Below the pieces are notes generated by a model. It saw nothing but the letters and a program-made list of their open reading frames with translations. It did not search any database and was not told the DNA's origin. Shown here piece by piece: positions 1-12,650 of a stretch of DNA of 64,000 nucleotides. The position numbers and the translations under genes were made by a program. Every line of letters starts with the position of its first letter. Positions within the stretch are counted from its first letter, which is position 1. Origin of the DNA: Octopus sinensis (Eukaryota); assembly GCF_006345805.1 (NCBI RefSeq), contig NC_042999.1, positions 27,590,001 through 27,654,000 on the forward strand, read 5' to 3'.

Positions 1-226
1 CCCCAACTACTTCTGCTCGTGATCAGAGATGCACATATCGTCAGCCACTAAGGGACATGCTCAACTGGTTAAGGTCAAACAACTGACAAGCAAATCTGTG
101 GTATTGAGCAGAATATTTGCTGTAGCCCATCTTTTATACCAAGACAAAACAATGTACATGATAACACTTCCAATCAGTTAAGATCAGAAGCCATGAGAGC
201 CACTGCCTGGTACTGCATCAGGGCAT
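1..226 (-). mobile_element. 5' portion of the ~555-bp (TAA)n-embedded element (family F), cut by the window edge
   Basis: Matches 29255-29480. Ends at CAGGGCAT next to a (TTA)n tract. Confidence 0.85.
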
Positions 227-271
227 TTATTATCATTATTATTATTATTATTATTATTATCATTATTATTA

Positions 272-310
<39 letters not shown>

Positions 311-605
311 GATAAATAATATTAATACGCTAACGTTTTGTTTTTGTACTTACCTGTGGTGTGTGTCACTTCAGAGAAATGGAAAAGTGAGAGGGAGAGG
401 AGGACAGAAAGGAAGTAAGAGAGGGAGAGTGAAAGAGACAGTGAATGGTAACGGCATTCATCGCAAGAGAAGTAGATACATAGATACATATACACATTGA
501 TAAAGCAAAAGCGGGAGAGAAGAGGGACATAAAGGAAGTGAAAGAGAGAGGGAAGGAGAGAGAGAGAGAGACAGAGAGAGAGAGTAGATACTTAAATCAG
601 TAGAT

Positions 606-1382
606 ACACACTGCAAATATTGGATATCAATTTCACGTTTGAAGACAACTGAAACAATCCCAGTCAATTTCTTTATTAACCATGAGGTTGAGAAAAAGCG
701 GGGACGATACGCAGTCAGACAAAACAAACATTGGGGTCAGGGTATCGAATGAGACGAAACGTATGAATAAACAAACAATTAAAATATATACAACTAAATG
801 AGAATGAGTGATTTACAAAAAAATAGAGTGGAGGACACGGTCGAACCCCACAAACCACATACTCACATTGAAGACTTTGCTTTCTCCTTTTTATATTCTC
901 GATTAAACAGGTTCTTTCACTCGCAACATACTTGCTATTGACTTCCATCTTTTACGAAACACACTTTGCGTCAGGCATTTCTTCTCCAGCCTTATTTTCA
1001 GTTTCATGTGGAAAACGAAAAAGTCGATTAGCTCGAGACTGGAGATGAACATGCCTGTTGCAATTCCTTCCATTCTCGTCTTCCATACTACCTCTTTTGC
1101 TACAGCAACTACCAAGAGAAAACAGGCTCGCTCCTCCCTATTCAGGGAGGTCGGCGAAACGATCTTAATTACAGATTCGCTCGGCAGTCGTACTCTTCTC
1201 GACTGCAACAGCAGGTGTTCGACATAAGCCCAAAGCTCAGTCACCTTGGGGCATTGCACAATCGCGTGCAGGACAGTTTCCCTGTCCTGCTCGCATCTTA
1301 CACAAACCGGCAAAGGTGCACACCCATGTCTAAAGAGCTTATCTCGAACCGGTAAAGGTCCTCTGTAACATTGCTAGGCCAG
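606..1382 (-). mobile_element. 3' end of an L1/Tx1-clade LINE (zf-RVT cysteine-rich C-terminus plus 3' UTR)
   Basis: ORF 903-1313 preceded by LA*QCYRGPLPVRDKLFRHG, then CVRC..ETVLHAIVQC. An AATAAA follows in the 3' UTR. Confidence 0.85.
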
Positions 1383-1676
1383 GAACTTTTAGTAATTATC
1401 CATACATACATACACACATGCTCATGTATGTATATATATGTATGTAATAGTGTATGTGTATAGGTATGTATGTATGCATGTATATCAATGAAAGAATGTC
1501 ACCTCTGCTTGTTTTAAACGCAACTCTCTTGCGATATTTATTCTGTCCGATTTGACGGATAACTTTTCTCTCGCGTCGTAGTAAACGAAGTGAGACAATG
1601 CTTAACCAATTAGAAAACAGCACCTAATGATGCGCAGGCGACATAAAAAATATAAATAACTAACTAAACTTACAAA

Positions 1677-2071
1677 TCTTTATATATAAAAGTCAAGTTG
1701 TGTGTCTGTCTCCTACGATTTAGATTCTTAACTACTCCCACATTTTGCGGTGCAGTTTAACCAAAACCGGGTATCTTATAGTCGTGATTCATATCGAGCC
1801 TTCTGGGTATTAGCGCGCGTCTACGAAAAGTCTACGATTAAAAAAAAAATTTACCATCATTTTTTTCCATTTTAATGCCTTTTTTCGCTATTATATAAGG
1901 GAAGTAACTCTCTAAAAATGTCTACGATGAGTCAACGATTTTTAAAAAATTTACCATCATTTTTTTTCCATTTTTAATGCATTTTTTTGCTATTTTTTGC
2001 TATAACTCTCTAAAAATGCTTATATAGTTATTTCCCTTACAAACCCGAGCAACGCCGGATGATACTGCTAG
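1677..2071 (+). mobile_element. Non-autonomous Helitron (family H1)
   Basis: 5' TC, 3' CTAG preceded by a GC-rich hairpin, inserted between A and T, no TSD. Near-identical to three other copies. Confidence 0.85.
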
Positions 2072-2496
2072 TAATAAATAAAAAATTTCGAACCTTGTCT
2101 TTCAGAGATCGATCCTGGACACAAATATCATTTTCACAATGTAATTGTTGTAATTTCTCTTCCGTCTCCGTGGTATCTTCATCTTCGTCGTCACTTTCTT
2201 CATTGAAATGCACTGTGTAAAAGATAATTATATTCTCATACAATTCGGAAATAATTTCTGCGTCAGCGTAATAACGAATCCACAAAAGTTTTCAAAAACA
2301 AAACAAAAAGAAAAAGAAAACAGTAAAATTAAAATAGAATTAATTTTATTTTGTAGAGATAAAAGTAATGATCACTCCAACCCCTCTGATGATGATACTT
2401 CGTCAAGAAATGATGAGAGACAAACGTTGAGAAGAAAATATTTTTTACTTCTACGGTTTTCCTCTGTGGTTTTTGATGAAATAGTCTGAAGTACTG

Positions 2497-2562
<66 letters not shown>

Positions 2563-2700
2563 TCTTTATTATATAAAATTAATTACTCTGTACTGTTGTG
2601 TGCTTTGTTTTTGTTGATATATTTCTGAAATCTGTGAGTAAAAGATGCCTAAAAGTTCAAATTTATTGGCGGATTACTATGACACGCAAGAAGATTGGTG

Positions 2701-3118
2701 GGATCTTTTCGGTTTGAACGGCAGTTTTTTCTAGCGGTGTCATATGAAATTGTCACCTATAATTATGACCCTAGTATCGATCTATTGCATTTCAGTCTGT
2801 TTTAGGGTTAGGGTTAGGGTTAGGGGTGGGGGGAAGGGTAGCTTTTTTTCTTCTCAAATGTAAATAAACCCAATCTGTTTCTTAAACGTATTCATACGGC
2901 ACAGAATTTTTTTTTTTACCTCAATAGACGTCAGTGATTGGTTGAAATTGCAGAAATTGAAGAAAAAAACAACAAATATCTTACAAACTATAGAATTTTC
3001 TCAATAAAGCCGAGAGAAAAAGATGTTTTATAAACACATTCTACCAGTATACGAAGTTTAAAATTTTTTAGTTACCTAGAAATTATGTTAAAAACTGCCA
3101 TTCAAACCGAAAAGATCC
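2701..3118 (+). mobile_element. MITE family M1 (~29-bp TIR GGATCTTTTCGGTTTGAACGGCAG, 8-bp TSD; Merlin-like)
   Basis: TIRs at both ends. TSD GATTGGTG/GATTGGTA. Confidence 0.85.
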
Positions 3119-3500
3119 GATTGGTACATAGACATAGGAAAATAAAGACATAAGTACAGTGCAGAAAGGATTATAGGAAGAGGCAAACATGGGACAGTAA
3201 AGAGGAGGGAATCCATTGATAGGGAGACATGGAAGTAGAGAGAGGAAATGTTGAGGAAGGCAAAAGGGAACAAAGAGGAATAGAGCAACAGAAGAATATG
3301 TAGATATAGGGGTACACAAGGAAAGACATAGAGGAACAGAGAAGGAAGAGGCGTATGGGGGGAGAGAGGGAGAAAGGGGAAAAGGGGAACAGAGTGACAG
3401 AGAGATTCAGATGCAATAACAGATCAACAGAACACAACTCGAATTAAGACAACAACGCAACACAGCACAGCACACTGACATAATACAACACAACAGCACA

Positions 3501-3942
3501 GTGGGGGCGCAATGGCTCAGTGGTAAGGCAGCGAACTCGCGGTCGTAAGAACGCGGTTTCGATTCCCAGACCGGGCATTGTGAGTGCTTATTGAGCAAAA
3601 ATACCTAAGCTCCACGAGGCTCCGGCGGCGGGGTGAACCCCGCTGTACTCTTTCACCACAACTTTCTCTCACTCTTTCTTCCTACTTCTGCCACAAAGCA
3701 GAGGAACCATGGTGTAACCCACAATGGTGTGGTAAACTTTCAGACCCTCGTCTAGATTGCGAATCCTCTGTACCCCCAGGATGGTTCAGTTCTCTCCACC
3801 CGTTAATAAAGACACCGTTTACGGAATGAGGATAACCACGTAGCTTTCGCGCCCGTGCAACCGCCAGTCTATCGTGGGCGGTGGGTGGTGGGTCTATCGC
3901 GTGTGGTCCCGATTGGAAGAAGAAGAAGAAGAAGAAGAAGAA
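3501..3942 (+). mobile_element. tRNA-headed SINE, family C head with an alternative 3' tail ending in (GAA)n
   Basis: A/B-box-like head GGCGCAATGGCTCAGTGG..GGTTTCGATTCC shared with 18692-19081. Distinct tail. Confidence 0.7.
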
Positions 3943-4774
3943 AACACAACACTGCAACACAATACACCAGCACAACACAATATAGTAACATACTATAATA
4001 CACAGCAGCAACACCATACGTTAGTACTCACACGTACGGTCGATTTCCGCCCATAATTGTTTTTGCAGTTCATGAGACAAATATATCCTTATAAAGTACC
4101 ACAAACCCCTAAAATCCAACATTTAACGGTTTTGCCTTTATTATATATAACTACCTATTTATTGGTAATGTTTCAAGGCACCACTTCTGTTTTATGGTGA
4201 CCATCACTGAAGAAGCCATGTTAGGCATAGCATGAAAAAGTTTCTAAAACTGCTTAAGCATTTAACACAATGAATTGGCAGGGAGGAATTACAACCAGGA
4301 GGAACCACGTCCGGTTTCGGCCCCTACTCCTCTACCGTTTTGACGTGGCGGGGCCCCTCCTTTCGGAGGTGTCTTCAGCTTTGGTGTGAGTTAGGCCTCG
4401 TGTTATTTTTTCTGACTTTGTGTGCTCCGAGCCCAAATCTCAACGAAGTCATCGCATTTTGACCACTCAGAATTCAAAATTCATAGATTCGAAGTCAGAT
4501 GGGTTTTTAAGTCTACCACATAGGTAGTACGCTTAATTCGTTATCCGGTTTGGTGTCACAATCTGGCGTTTTAAGTTTCTTTTGCAGAGTCCATTCTATT
4601 GCAAGCACTTGGATCGGCACAACGTCTTGAGGATACCGTCTTCTCTCTCACTAATATCGGGGTTTCTGTAAAGTATCATAAGTACTTAATAATAATGAAA
4701 TTATTGTATACAGTGCTCAGGTGCACCACAACTTGTCAAAAAGTGCGTATAAAGTATATGAAGTAATGTACAAA

Positions 4775-5200
4775 TGTCTGGAAAGCGAACAATGTATGAG
4801 TCAGATACATGCTTGTGTGTGTATGGAGGGGAGAAAATCAGGTGTAGTGTTGGCGAATCTCAGAAAGCATGGAAGTTTTGAAGGATGCACTGCTCCGACA
4901 ACTAACAACTGATGCCGGCAGTCTGTTCCATGCTTCAGCAACTCTTAGCGTGAAAAAATGTTTCCGAAAGTCATAGGAACTGTGCTGTTTTCTTACTTTG
5001 TAAACATGTCCACGGGTGTTAGACAGATGGAGTTTGAAAAGGTCGTCAGTGTTATTGTTTGTAAGATGGTTAATAGTTTTATGGGTGTCAGCCAAGTCAG
5101 CTGCCAGACGTCGGAGTTTCAATGTATCCATGCCCGGGGAAGTAAGGCGTTCAGAATATGGCAGATGCTTTTAAATCTACAGATTTTAAGTTCTTTGTAA
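4775..5200 (-). mobile_element. CR1-clade LINE 3' fragment
   Basis: LKLRRLAADL..TRGHVYKV..RKHFFTLRVAEAWNRLP, the typical CR1 RT C-terminus. Confidence 0.8.
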
Positions 5201-5744
5201 ATCCTCTGTTTATATTTACCCAGTATCGATAAACTTCAGAAATTCAAACAAAACGAGGATTTGCATACTTATTCTTAAATGTGTATAGGTGTGTGCGTTT
5301 GTGAGTATGTATGCATGTATTTTCCAGGGTGTATATATTGAAAAACGAATGTTACTCTTGTTTGTTTTAGACGCAACTTTATTGTGATATTTATTCTGCC
5401 CAGGTTCGAACCCAATGCTGGTCGTTGTTAAATGCGTCTTAGAAATTCAATTTAACCCCCCCCCCCAAATACTAAGTCGTGTTCGGTGTACGGAATCAAG
5501 GGAGATCACTTAACGTTAATTGATGAAAGTAACCTCCCCTGAAATAAAATACTAATAATTATTTTGGATTGTAGGTCATTGCTTTTTATATAGGTTGGTA
5601 GATAGATAAGTAGGCTTTCGTTTTTTGTCCATATAAAAAAATAAATCAAATAAAAATAAAAAATAAAAAACGTTTCAAAATTTGGCATAATACCAGTAAT
5701 TTTAGACGTTTGTGATAGTGAGGTAAGTCTATTACATCGACACA

Positions 5745-5893
5745 GTGCTCAGCTTATCTTGATTTAAACAACCCCGAAAGGATGGAAGACAAGGTCAACT
5801 TCGGCAGGATTTGAAATCAGAACGTAATAAACCGACAGAAATGCTACTAAGCATTTTATTCGACGCGCTAACGATTCTGCCAGCCCACCGCCT
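5745..5893 (-). mobile_element. SINE family A, degenerate
   Basis: Diverged match to 32332-32565. Confidence 0.65.
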
Positions 5894-6208
5894 TATACAT
5901 ATAAAATAACAATGAACTAAATGCAAAATTAAATCAACCAATTAATCGTTATTGATCGGTAATATTCGGCAATCACCGGCAATAACAAACACAAAGGCTG
6001 GTATTTTTCTTGACTGAGTTATAGAATATGGGAATAAACAGCGAACTCCTCACAAAACGAGAAGGATCACAGAGAAATGACCTGCCACAGACCCACTTTT
6101 TAAGAATTCATGTGTAGTGTAAATAAAAGTCTATTTGCCAACGAAGTAGTCTGTGATTACCAAAATTAATTATACTGACTTAAGATTTTATACATATTTT
6201 ATAAAAAA

Positions 6209-6567
6209 CTAGCAGTATCGCCCGGCGTTGCTCGGGTTTGTAAGGGAAAAAATAGCAAAAAAATGCATTAAAAATGGAAAAAAAATGATGGTAATTTTTT
6301 TTTAAATCGTTGACTCATCGTAGACATTTTTAGAGAGTTACTTCCCTTATATAATAGCGAAAAAATGCATTAAAATGGAAAAAAATGATGGTAATTTTTT
6401 TTTAAATCGTAGACTCATCGTAGACGCGCACTAATACCAGAAGGGCTCGATATGAATCATGACTATAAGATACCCGGTTTTGGTTAAACTGCACCGCAAA
6501 ATGTGGGAGTAGTTAGGAATCTAAATCGTAGGAGACAGACACACAACTTGACTTTTATATATAAAGA
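6209..6567 (-). mobile_element. Non-autonomous Helitron H1
   Basis: Reverse complement of 1677-2071 with TC/CTAG ends at an AT site. Confidence 0.85.
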
Positions 6568-6689
6568 TAAGCCTGATATTTTATTGCTTGTAATTTTATA
6601 TGTATATACATCAAAACGTTATAATGTGCAGGTGAGTGTGCGTGCGTAAGAGCGTATTTGTGTGTGCGTGCGTGTATGTAAAAGCACGC

Positions 6690-7250
6690 GGAGTTCTGTT
6701 TTTGATTCGGAATGCTCACAGCAGCCATATTCCTACCGCTCTATGTCACGCTGGTGAGACCCATATTGGAGTACGGGATTCAAGCCTCTTCTCCTTATCT
6801 CCTCAAAGACATACATCATCTCGAAAGAGTCCAGAAGCTGGCTACCCGCATGGTTCTTGGTCTCAAACATTTGTCTTATGAAGAAAGGCTGAAGACGCTC
6901 GACCTTTATTCTCTAGAAAAACGACGACGCCGTGGTGATCTCATTCTTGCTCACAATATCATAAGCGGAAAGTGTAACATCTCGAAAGAGCTGTTCTTCA
7001 CTCCTGCTCCAGAGCGTCGGCTGCGGGGTCACTCCGAAAAGCTCTATCTGCGACGATTTCATCTCAATCGAAGGAAAGGGGCTTTCTCCGTCCGGGTTGC
7101 GGATCCGTGGAATAAGCTGCCGGACGAGATAGTGAAGATGCCGACGACCGCTCGGTTCAAAGGCTCCCTTGACCAGAAATGGCCCGAACTCTTTGCATGA
7201 ACACCACCCTGTACATAACTCCATGTCCCCCTACATGGCCTTGCTTTTTT
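6690..7250 (+). mobile_element. CR1-clade LINE 3' fragment (ORF2 C-terminus)
   Basis: ORF 6712-7200 with LYVTLVRPILEY..LERVQ..ATRMV..SYEERL..L.LYSLEKRR.RGDLI..WNKLP. Confidence 0.9.
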
Positions 7251-7762
7251 TGCTTTTAAATTAAGTACCAGTTACACACTGGGGTCGATATAATCGACTT
7301 AATACCTATGTCTGTCCTTGTTTGTCCTCTCTATGTTTAGCCCCTTGTGGGTAATAAAGAAATAGGTATATCAGATGGGGTGCAATCAAAGTGGAGGATA
7401 CTGGGATAACTGCATACTGGGATAATTGCATGGAAAAGGAAGAAACCTATAGGGGGATAATGCTGGGTTCAGTGTATTCAGGGTCGAGCAGCGCAGGTTT
7501 CGATTATCTGCTTTAAAGGATAGGAGCTGAGGCTAGGGAAAGAGAGGGGGTGGTAACAGGGTGAATATCAGAAAACAGAAGTTACAAAGGAGAGTAATGT
7601 GAAGTGATTGAGCAGCAATGTGGAAAGTGCGGAAGAAGGGAATTCGAACAACGGTCTTGTAAGTGGATGGATCTCATGCGAGTAACAATACAGGTGGGAT
7701 ATTGGTTTTGATGGAAGATGAAGCCAGCAACATGTTTGGGATATTCACATAGGACAAAATAG

Positions 7763-8163
7763 GGATCTTTTCGGTTTGAACGGCAGTTTTTTCTAGCGGT
7801 GTCATATGAAATTGTCACCCATAATTATGACCCTAGTATCGATCTATTGCATTTCAAGCTCTTTTAGGGTTAGGATTAGGGATGGAGGGAAGGGTATCTT
7901 TTTTTCTTCACAAATGTAAATAAACCAAATCTATTTCTTAAACGTATTCATACGGCACAGAATGTTTTTTTTTACTCAATAGACGTCAATGATTGGTTGA
8001 AATTGCAGAAATTGAAGAAAAAAAACAACAAATATCTTACAAACTATAGAATTTTCTCAATAAAGCCAAGAGAAAAAGATGTTTTATAAACACATTCTAC
8101 CAATATACGAAGTTTTAAATTTTTTAGTTACCTAGAAATTATGTTAAAAAACCGAAAAGATCC
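7763..8163 (+). mobile_element. MITE family M1
   Basis: TIRs. TSD CAAAATAG/CAAAATGG. Confidence 0.85.
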
Positions 8164-8812
8164 CAAAATGGTGCATTTATTTCACTTTACTTTCTCGCAG
8201 AGGTGCTGGAGATGGAGAAATTGTAAAAAGGATATGACAAATTTGGTGTAATGGATTATGAAGAAAAGACGACGTGGAAGTGAGAGTCAAAGAGTCAATT
8301 AGTTGTAAGCCGACGTGAGGAGGTGGCGGTCATGAATAGAGACTGGGATATCTAGAAAATTAAAGGTTGTATTACAGATGATAAGGGTGAAAATTTTTGG
8401 TGTTGAATATGAAAAGTGTAAGTCGCTCCTATTGTGAATGAGGTATTGGTGAGACCATCAGTGTATTGACCATATAAATCAGAGGTCGATCCAGTAAAAT
8501 TAGTGAAAAATTACTTTCAACATGGCGAACGAACAAGTTGACGTAAATGGGGCTCGTAGGTAACTCTACTCAGAGAAAAAGATAAGATCGGCACAAGACC
8601 AGCCATTCTGGAAAGAGTATACCCTGATGGAGTTTTTATTTATTTTCGACCCTGGAAAGGTAAAAGCCAAAAGCCTGGTATTTATCCTATCGGTTTATTT
8701 TTGACGAACTGCTAGTTTACGAGGACTTAAACACACGAACACCAGTTGTCAAGCAGTGGTGAGGAAGAAAAACAGACATAAAGACACACACACACACATA
8801 CATGTATATATA

Positions 8813-9914
8813 CGAGGGTGGACTGAAAAGTTTTTTAGGCTGAGTAAGGAGTTATCATACAGAAATTAAACTTTGTATGCATTAAATTCAAAAGTTTACT
8901 AATGCTAACAGCATTTTTTTCTTTCCAGATAAACCCACAATGGATACAGAATTGAGGACTTGGAAAAATGGTACCAGAGACATTTCGGGAAAATGGATAA
9001 AATTTGTCACCATAGTATTATCAAATATCTGCAGAAAAAGGGGTTAACCCCCACCCAAGGACGTTCATGCTGACATGGTTTCTACGTTAGGGGATGATGC
9101 TCCAGCTTTATCAACTGTGCGAAAGTTGGCAGCTGAATTCAAGAGGGGTAGACAGAGTCTTTAAGATGACCCAAGGTCTGGACGTCCTGCCACAGCCACC
9201 ACCCGAGAAAACATCAACCTATTTCTTTATTACCCACAAGGGGCTAAACACAGAGGGGACAAACAAGGACAGACATAGGTATTAAGTCGATTACATCGAC
9301 CCCAGTGCATAACTGGTACTTAATTTATCGACCCCGAAAGGATGAAAGGCAAAGTCGACCTCGGCGGAATTTGAACTCAGAACGTAACGCAGACGAAATA
9401 CCGCTAAGCATTTCGCCCGGCGTGCTAACGTTTCTGCCAGCACGCCGCCTTAAACATCAACCGAGAAAACATCAACCATGTTCACCGCATGGTGATGAAT
9501 GATAGACGTTTAAATGTTAATCAAACGAAGGTGTTCCTGCTTCACCTAGGACAATGCCGTTGCACACAAGTCTGTGGTTGCAATAACTGCTGTGCACGAA
9601 TGTGGCTTTGAACTGGTTGATCACCCTCCTTATTCTCCTGATTTGGCACCTTCTGGCTACTTTCTGTTCCCGAACGTGAAAAAAACACTCGTTTAGAAAG
9701 CAGTAACAGACAGAGGATGAGGTCATACCTGCTGCTGAGGACTTTGGGGGGGGGGTTCAGGATGAGAGCTTCTATACCACGGGTATCCAAGTGCTGCGAC
9801 ACCAATGGAAGAAGTGTATAGACAGCAGAGGAGGCTATGTCGAAAAATAGAACACGTTTGGTCAATTTCGACCATTGCATCGTGGTCAGCCTATGAACTT
9901 TCCAGCCTACCCTC

Positions 9915-9915
<1 letters not shown>
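8813..9915 (+). mobile_element. Internally deleted mariner relic containing a SINE-A insertion
   Basis: TA-flanked TIR CGAGGGTGGACTGAAAAGTT and its inverse at ~9895-9915. Transposase remnant (HPPYSPDLAPSGYFLFP). Confidence 0.8.
9220..9451 (-). mobile_element. SINE family A, full length, with TSD
   Basis: 17-bp TSD CCGAGAAAACATCAACC at 9203-9219 and 9461-9477. Confidence 0.9.
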
Positions 9916-9954
<39 letters not shown>

Positions 9955-10137
9955 GTAATTTACAGAAAAACAAAAGACGAAGACAGGTGTATGAACAACA
10001 AGCAGGTGTATCAGTTTGACGGTCGGCAAAATGAGAAAGTCTTTTACGTTTCGAGCCTGCGCTCTTCAAGAGAAAGTAATATGAGACAGAATTTATAAAC
10101 TCGTGGATTTAGCAATCAAGCATGGCTATATAAATAA

Positions 10138-10229
<92 letters not shown>

Positions 10230-10711
10230 TATATATATATTCTGGAGGGAGATACGAATTCGCTTGTCTATATAAATGTGGATATGCTAGTGGACTGATA
10301 TATCTTTCGATGTCGCCTGGTCGAATATAAAATAGGTAAGTTTTTTCCTAGCATTTCTAGATTTATGGGAAATATTATGTTGATAAGGAAATGAACTTTA
10401 CGATTCTAATCCAGAAACGATCGTCCATAATTAATCCAGTAGACTGTGTGATTTCATTGTCTTCCTTCTTTTTACCATATATGAGTTACAAATACTGTTG
10501 TTTGTGGAGACTTATTTTTGTAGTAATAGTAATAGTAGCCCTTTGACTGCTATTTCTCACTTTTTCGGTATGTGGTTTAAGCAACTTGTTGCAAAAAACC
10601 CTTTATTATAATTATATAAATTTTTACCGAATATGGTCCTTTCCATACCGAAATACTACTAGGGGAAATTTATTGATTTTATTAAATTAATTATATTTCA
10701 CCCTTTATCTG

Positions 10712-10745
<34 letters not shown>

Positions 10746-11224
10746 AAAAAAAACCTTCACACCAGGATCGTCCGAGCGCTCGCCAGTATATCCAGCTGGA
10801 AACGAGTACTTAGCCCTTCTCAGAGCCGCAGCACACGTCACAGCAGTGCTAGAAACCAGAGAAACTAACACCACCTAAGGCGTACAAAAACGGAGATCAG
10901 GTGAACATCCGGGAGTCATGACTCGGATGTGGCCCGACACCCTAGAGTGTCAGAAGTTAAAGGCCGAAGCACTTGCCTAAAGGGAGTTTCTCCTCTCAGG
11001 ACCACCTGCTGTTACACTCTTCCCGAGTTTCTTTCCACTTATATATATTACGTCAAATGTAAACAAACATAATTTTGGCCTTTGAAGTGTTGAAATGCAT
11101 TGTAAAACAAGTAGAAAGATAAATTTTTCAACGCGGAAATACTGATGGCTGGATGCTGACAAATTTTTATGCCCTAAAAAGGATCTTATCCTATATACGG
11201 TGTTCTATCAGTATTAACGCGTTG

Positions 11225-11383
11225 ATAACATGTTATATATATATTATATATATATATATGTATGTATGTATACATATATATGTATGTATGTATGTATATA
11301 TATATATATACATATATATATATGTATATATATATTATATATATATATATATATATATTTATGTATGTATATGTATAAGTATA

Positions 11384-11423
<40 letters not shown>

Positions 11424-11460
11424 ACACATATATATATATATTTGTATGTATATGTATAAG

Positions 11461-11493
<33 letters not shown>

Positions 11494-11591
11494 GTATAAG
11501 TATATATATATATACATATATATGAATGTATGTATGTATGTATATATATGTATGTATATGTATAAGTATATATATATATGTATATGTATAA

Positions 11592-11649
<58 letters not shown>

Positions 11650-11655
11650 TATATA
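11225..11655. repeat. Compound (TA)n/(TATG)n microsatellite
   Basis: Directly visible. Confidence 0.95.
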
Positions 11656-12236
11656 AGAAGGGGTTCTTTTCAGTTTCCGTCTACCAAATCCACTCACAAG
11701 TCTTTGGACGACCCGAGGCTATAGTAGAAGACACCTGCCCGAGGTTTCACTCTGTGGGATTGAACCCGGGATCATGTGGTTGGGAAGTAAGCTTTTTATC
11801 ATAGAGCCAAGATTGTACTTAGTCCGTAAAGTGATGATTAAGTATCATATGACAATATGGTATTTACCTAAGGTCTTTCGATTTAACCAGTTCACAACTA
11901 ATAATAATAATGGATTCTAAATTAGGCACAAGAGCTGTCAGCAGTTTTTGGCGAGGAATTATTCGATACCATCGATTTAAATTAATTGACCGGTTCTTTA
12001 TTTTATTGGCTTCCGACGAATGAATGAAAAAGTTGAGAGCCGCAAGATTTGAATTGGGAACACAGAGTCAGAACTACTGCAAGCAATGTTGTTTGCGTTC
12101 TAACGATTCTACCAAACTGCCACCGAACAACATTGCAGTACAAGCAAATACAAATGAGAATGAACATTGGTATTTATTTTCATATCACTTTATATAAGCA
12201 CCAAGAAATTTGATAAAAGTTAAATTACAATTATTG

Positions 12237-12650
12237 TACGTGGTTGTGTGGTAATTAGCTTGCTTACTAACCACATGCTTCCGGATTCAGTCCCACTGCG
12301 TGGAACCTTGGGCAAGTGTCTTCTACTATAGCCTCGGGCCGACCAAAGCCTTGTGAGTGGATTTGGTAGACGGAAACTGAAAGAAGCCCGCCGTATATAT
12401 GTATGTATATATGTGTACGTGTGTGTATATGTTTGTGTGTCTGTGTTTGTCCCCCCAACATCGCTTGACAACCGATGATGGTGTGTTTACGTCCTCGTTA
12501 GTTAGCGGTTCGGCAAAAGAGACTAATAGAATAAGTACTATGCTTACAAAGAATAAGTCCTGGGGTCGATTTGCTCGACCAAAGGCGGTGCTCCAGCATG
12601 GCCACAGTCACATGACTGAATCAAATAAAAGAATAAAAGAATAAAAGAAT
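12237..12650 (+). mobile_element. SINE family B (tRNA-like head, CORE-like segment, internal microsatellite, AAAAGAG-type tail)
   Basis: Matches ~10 other copies. ACCTTGGGCAAGT segment resembles the CORE domain. Confidence 0.85.

Noticed and set aside
2380-2430. CTGATGA-hairpin-AGAAA string
   Set aside because: No NUH triplet with a stem III and no stem I pairing.
2037-2489. Acidic ORF (EESDDEDEDTT) as a host exon or piggyBac N-terminus
   Set aside because: No recognisable motif or splice-supported chain.
3501-3580. tRNA-like heads here and at other SINE 5' ends as tRNA genes
   Set aside because: They continue into multi-copy SINE bodies and lack a complete cloverleaf.
4195-4250. CTGAAGA...GAAA hammerhead-like string
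   Set aside because: No stem I partner after the putative cleavage site, and four extra bases before stem II.
11153-11697. Long YI/CM-rich ORFs here and at 13540-14115, 20279-21092, 26005-26866, 39617-39987
   Set aside because: They are translations of (TA)n/(TATG)n microsatellites in several frames, not genes.
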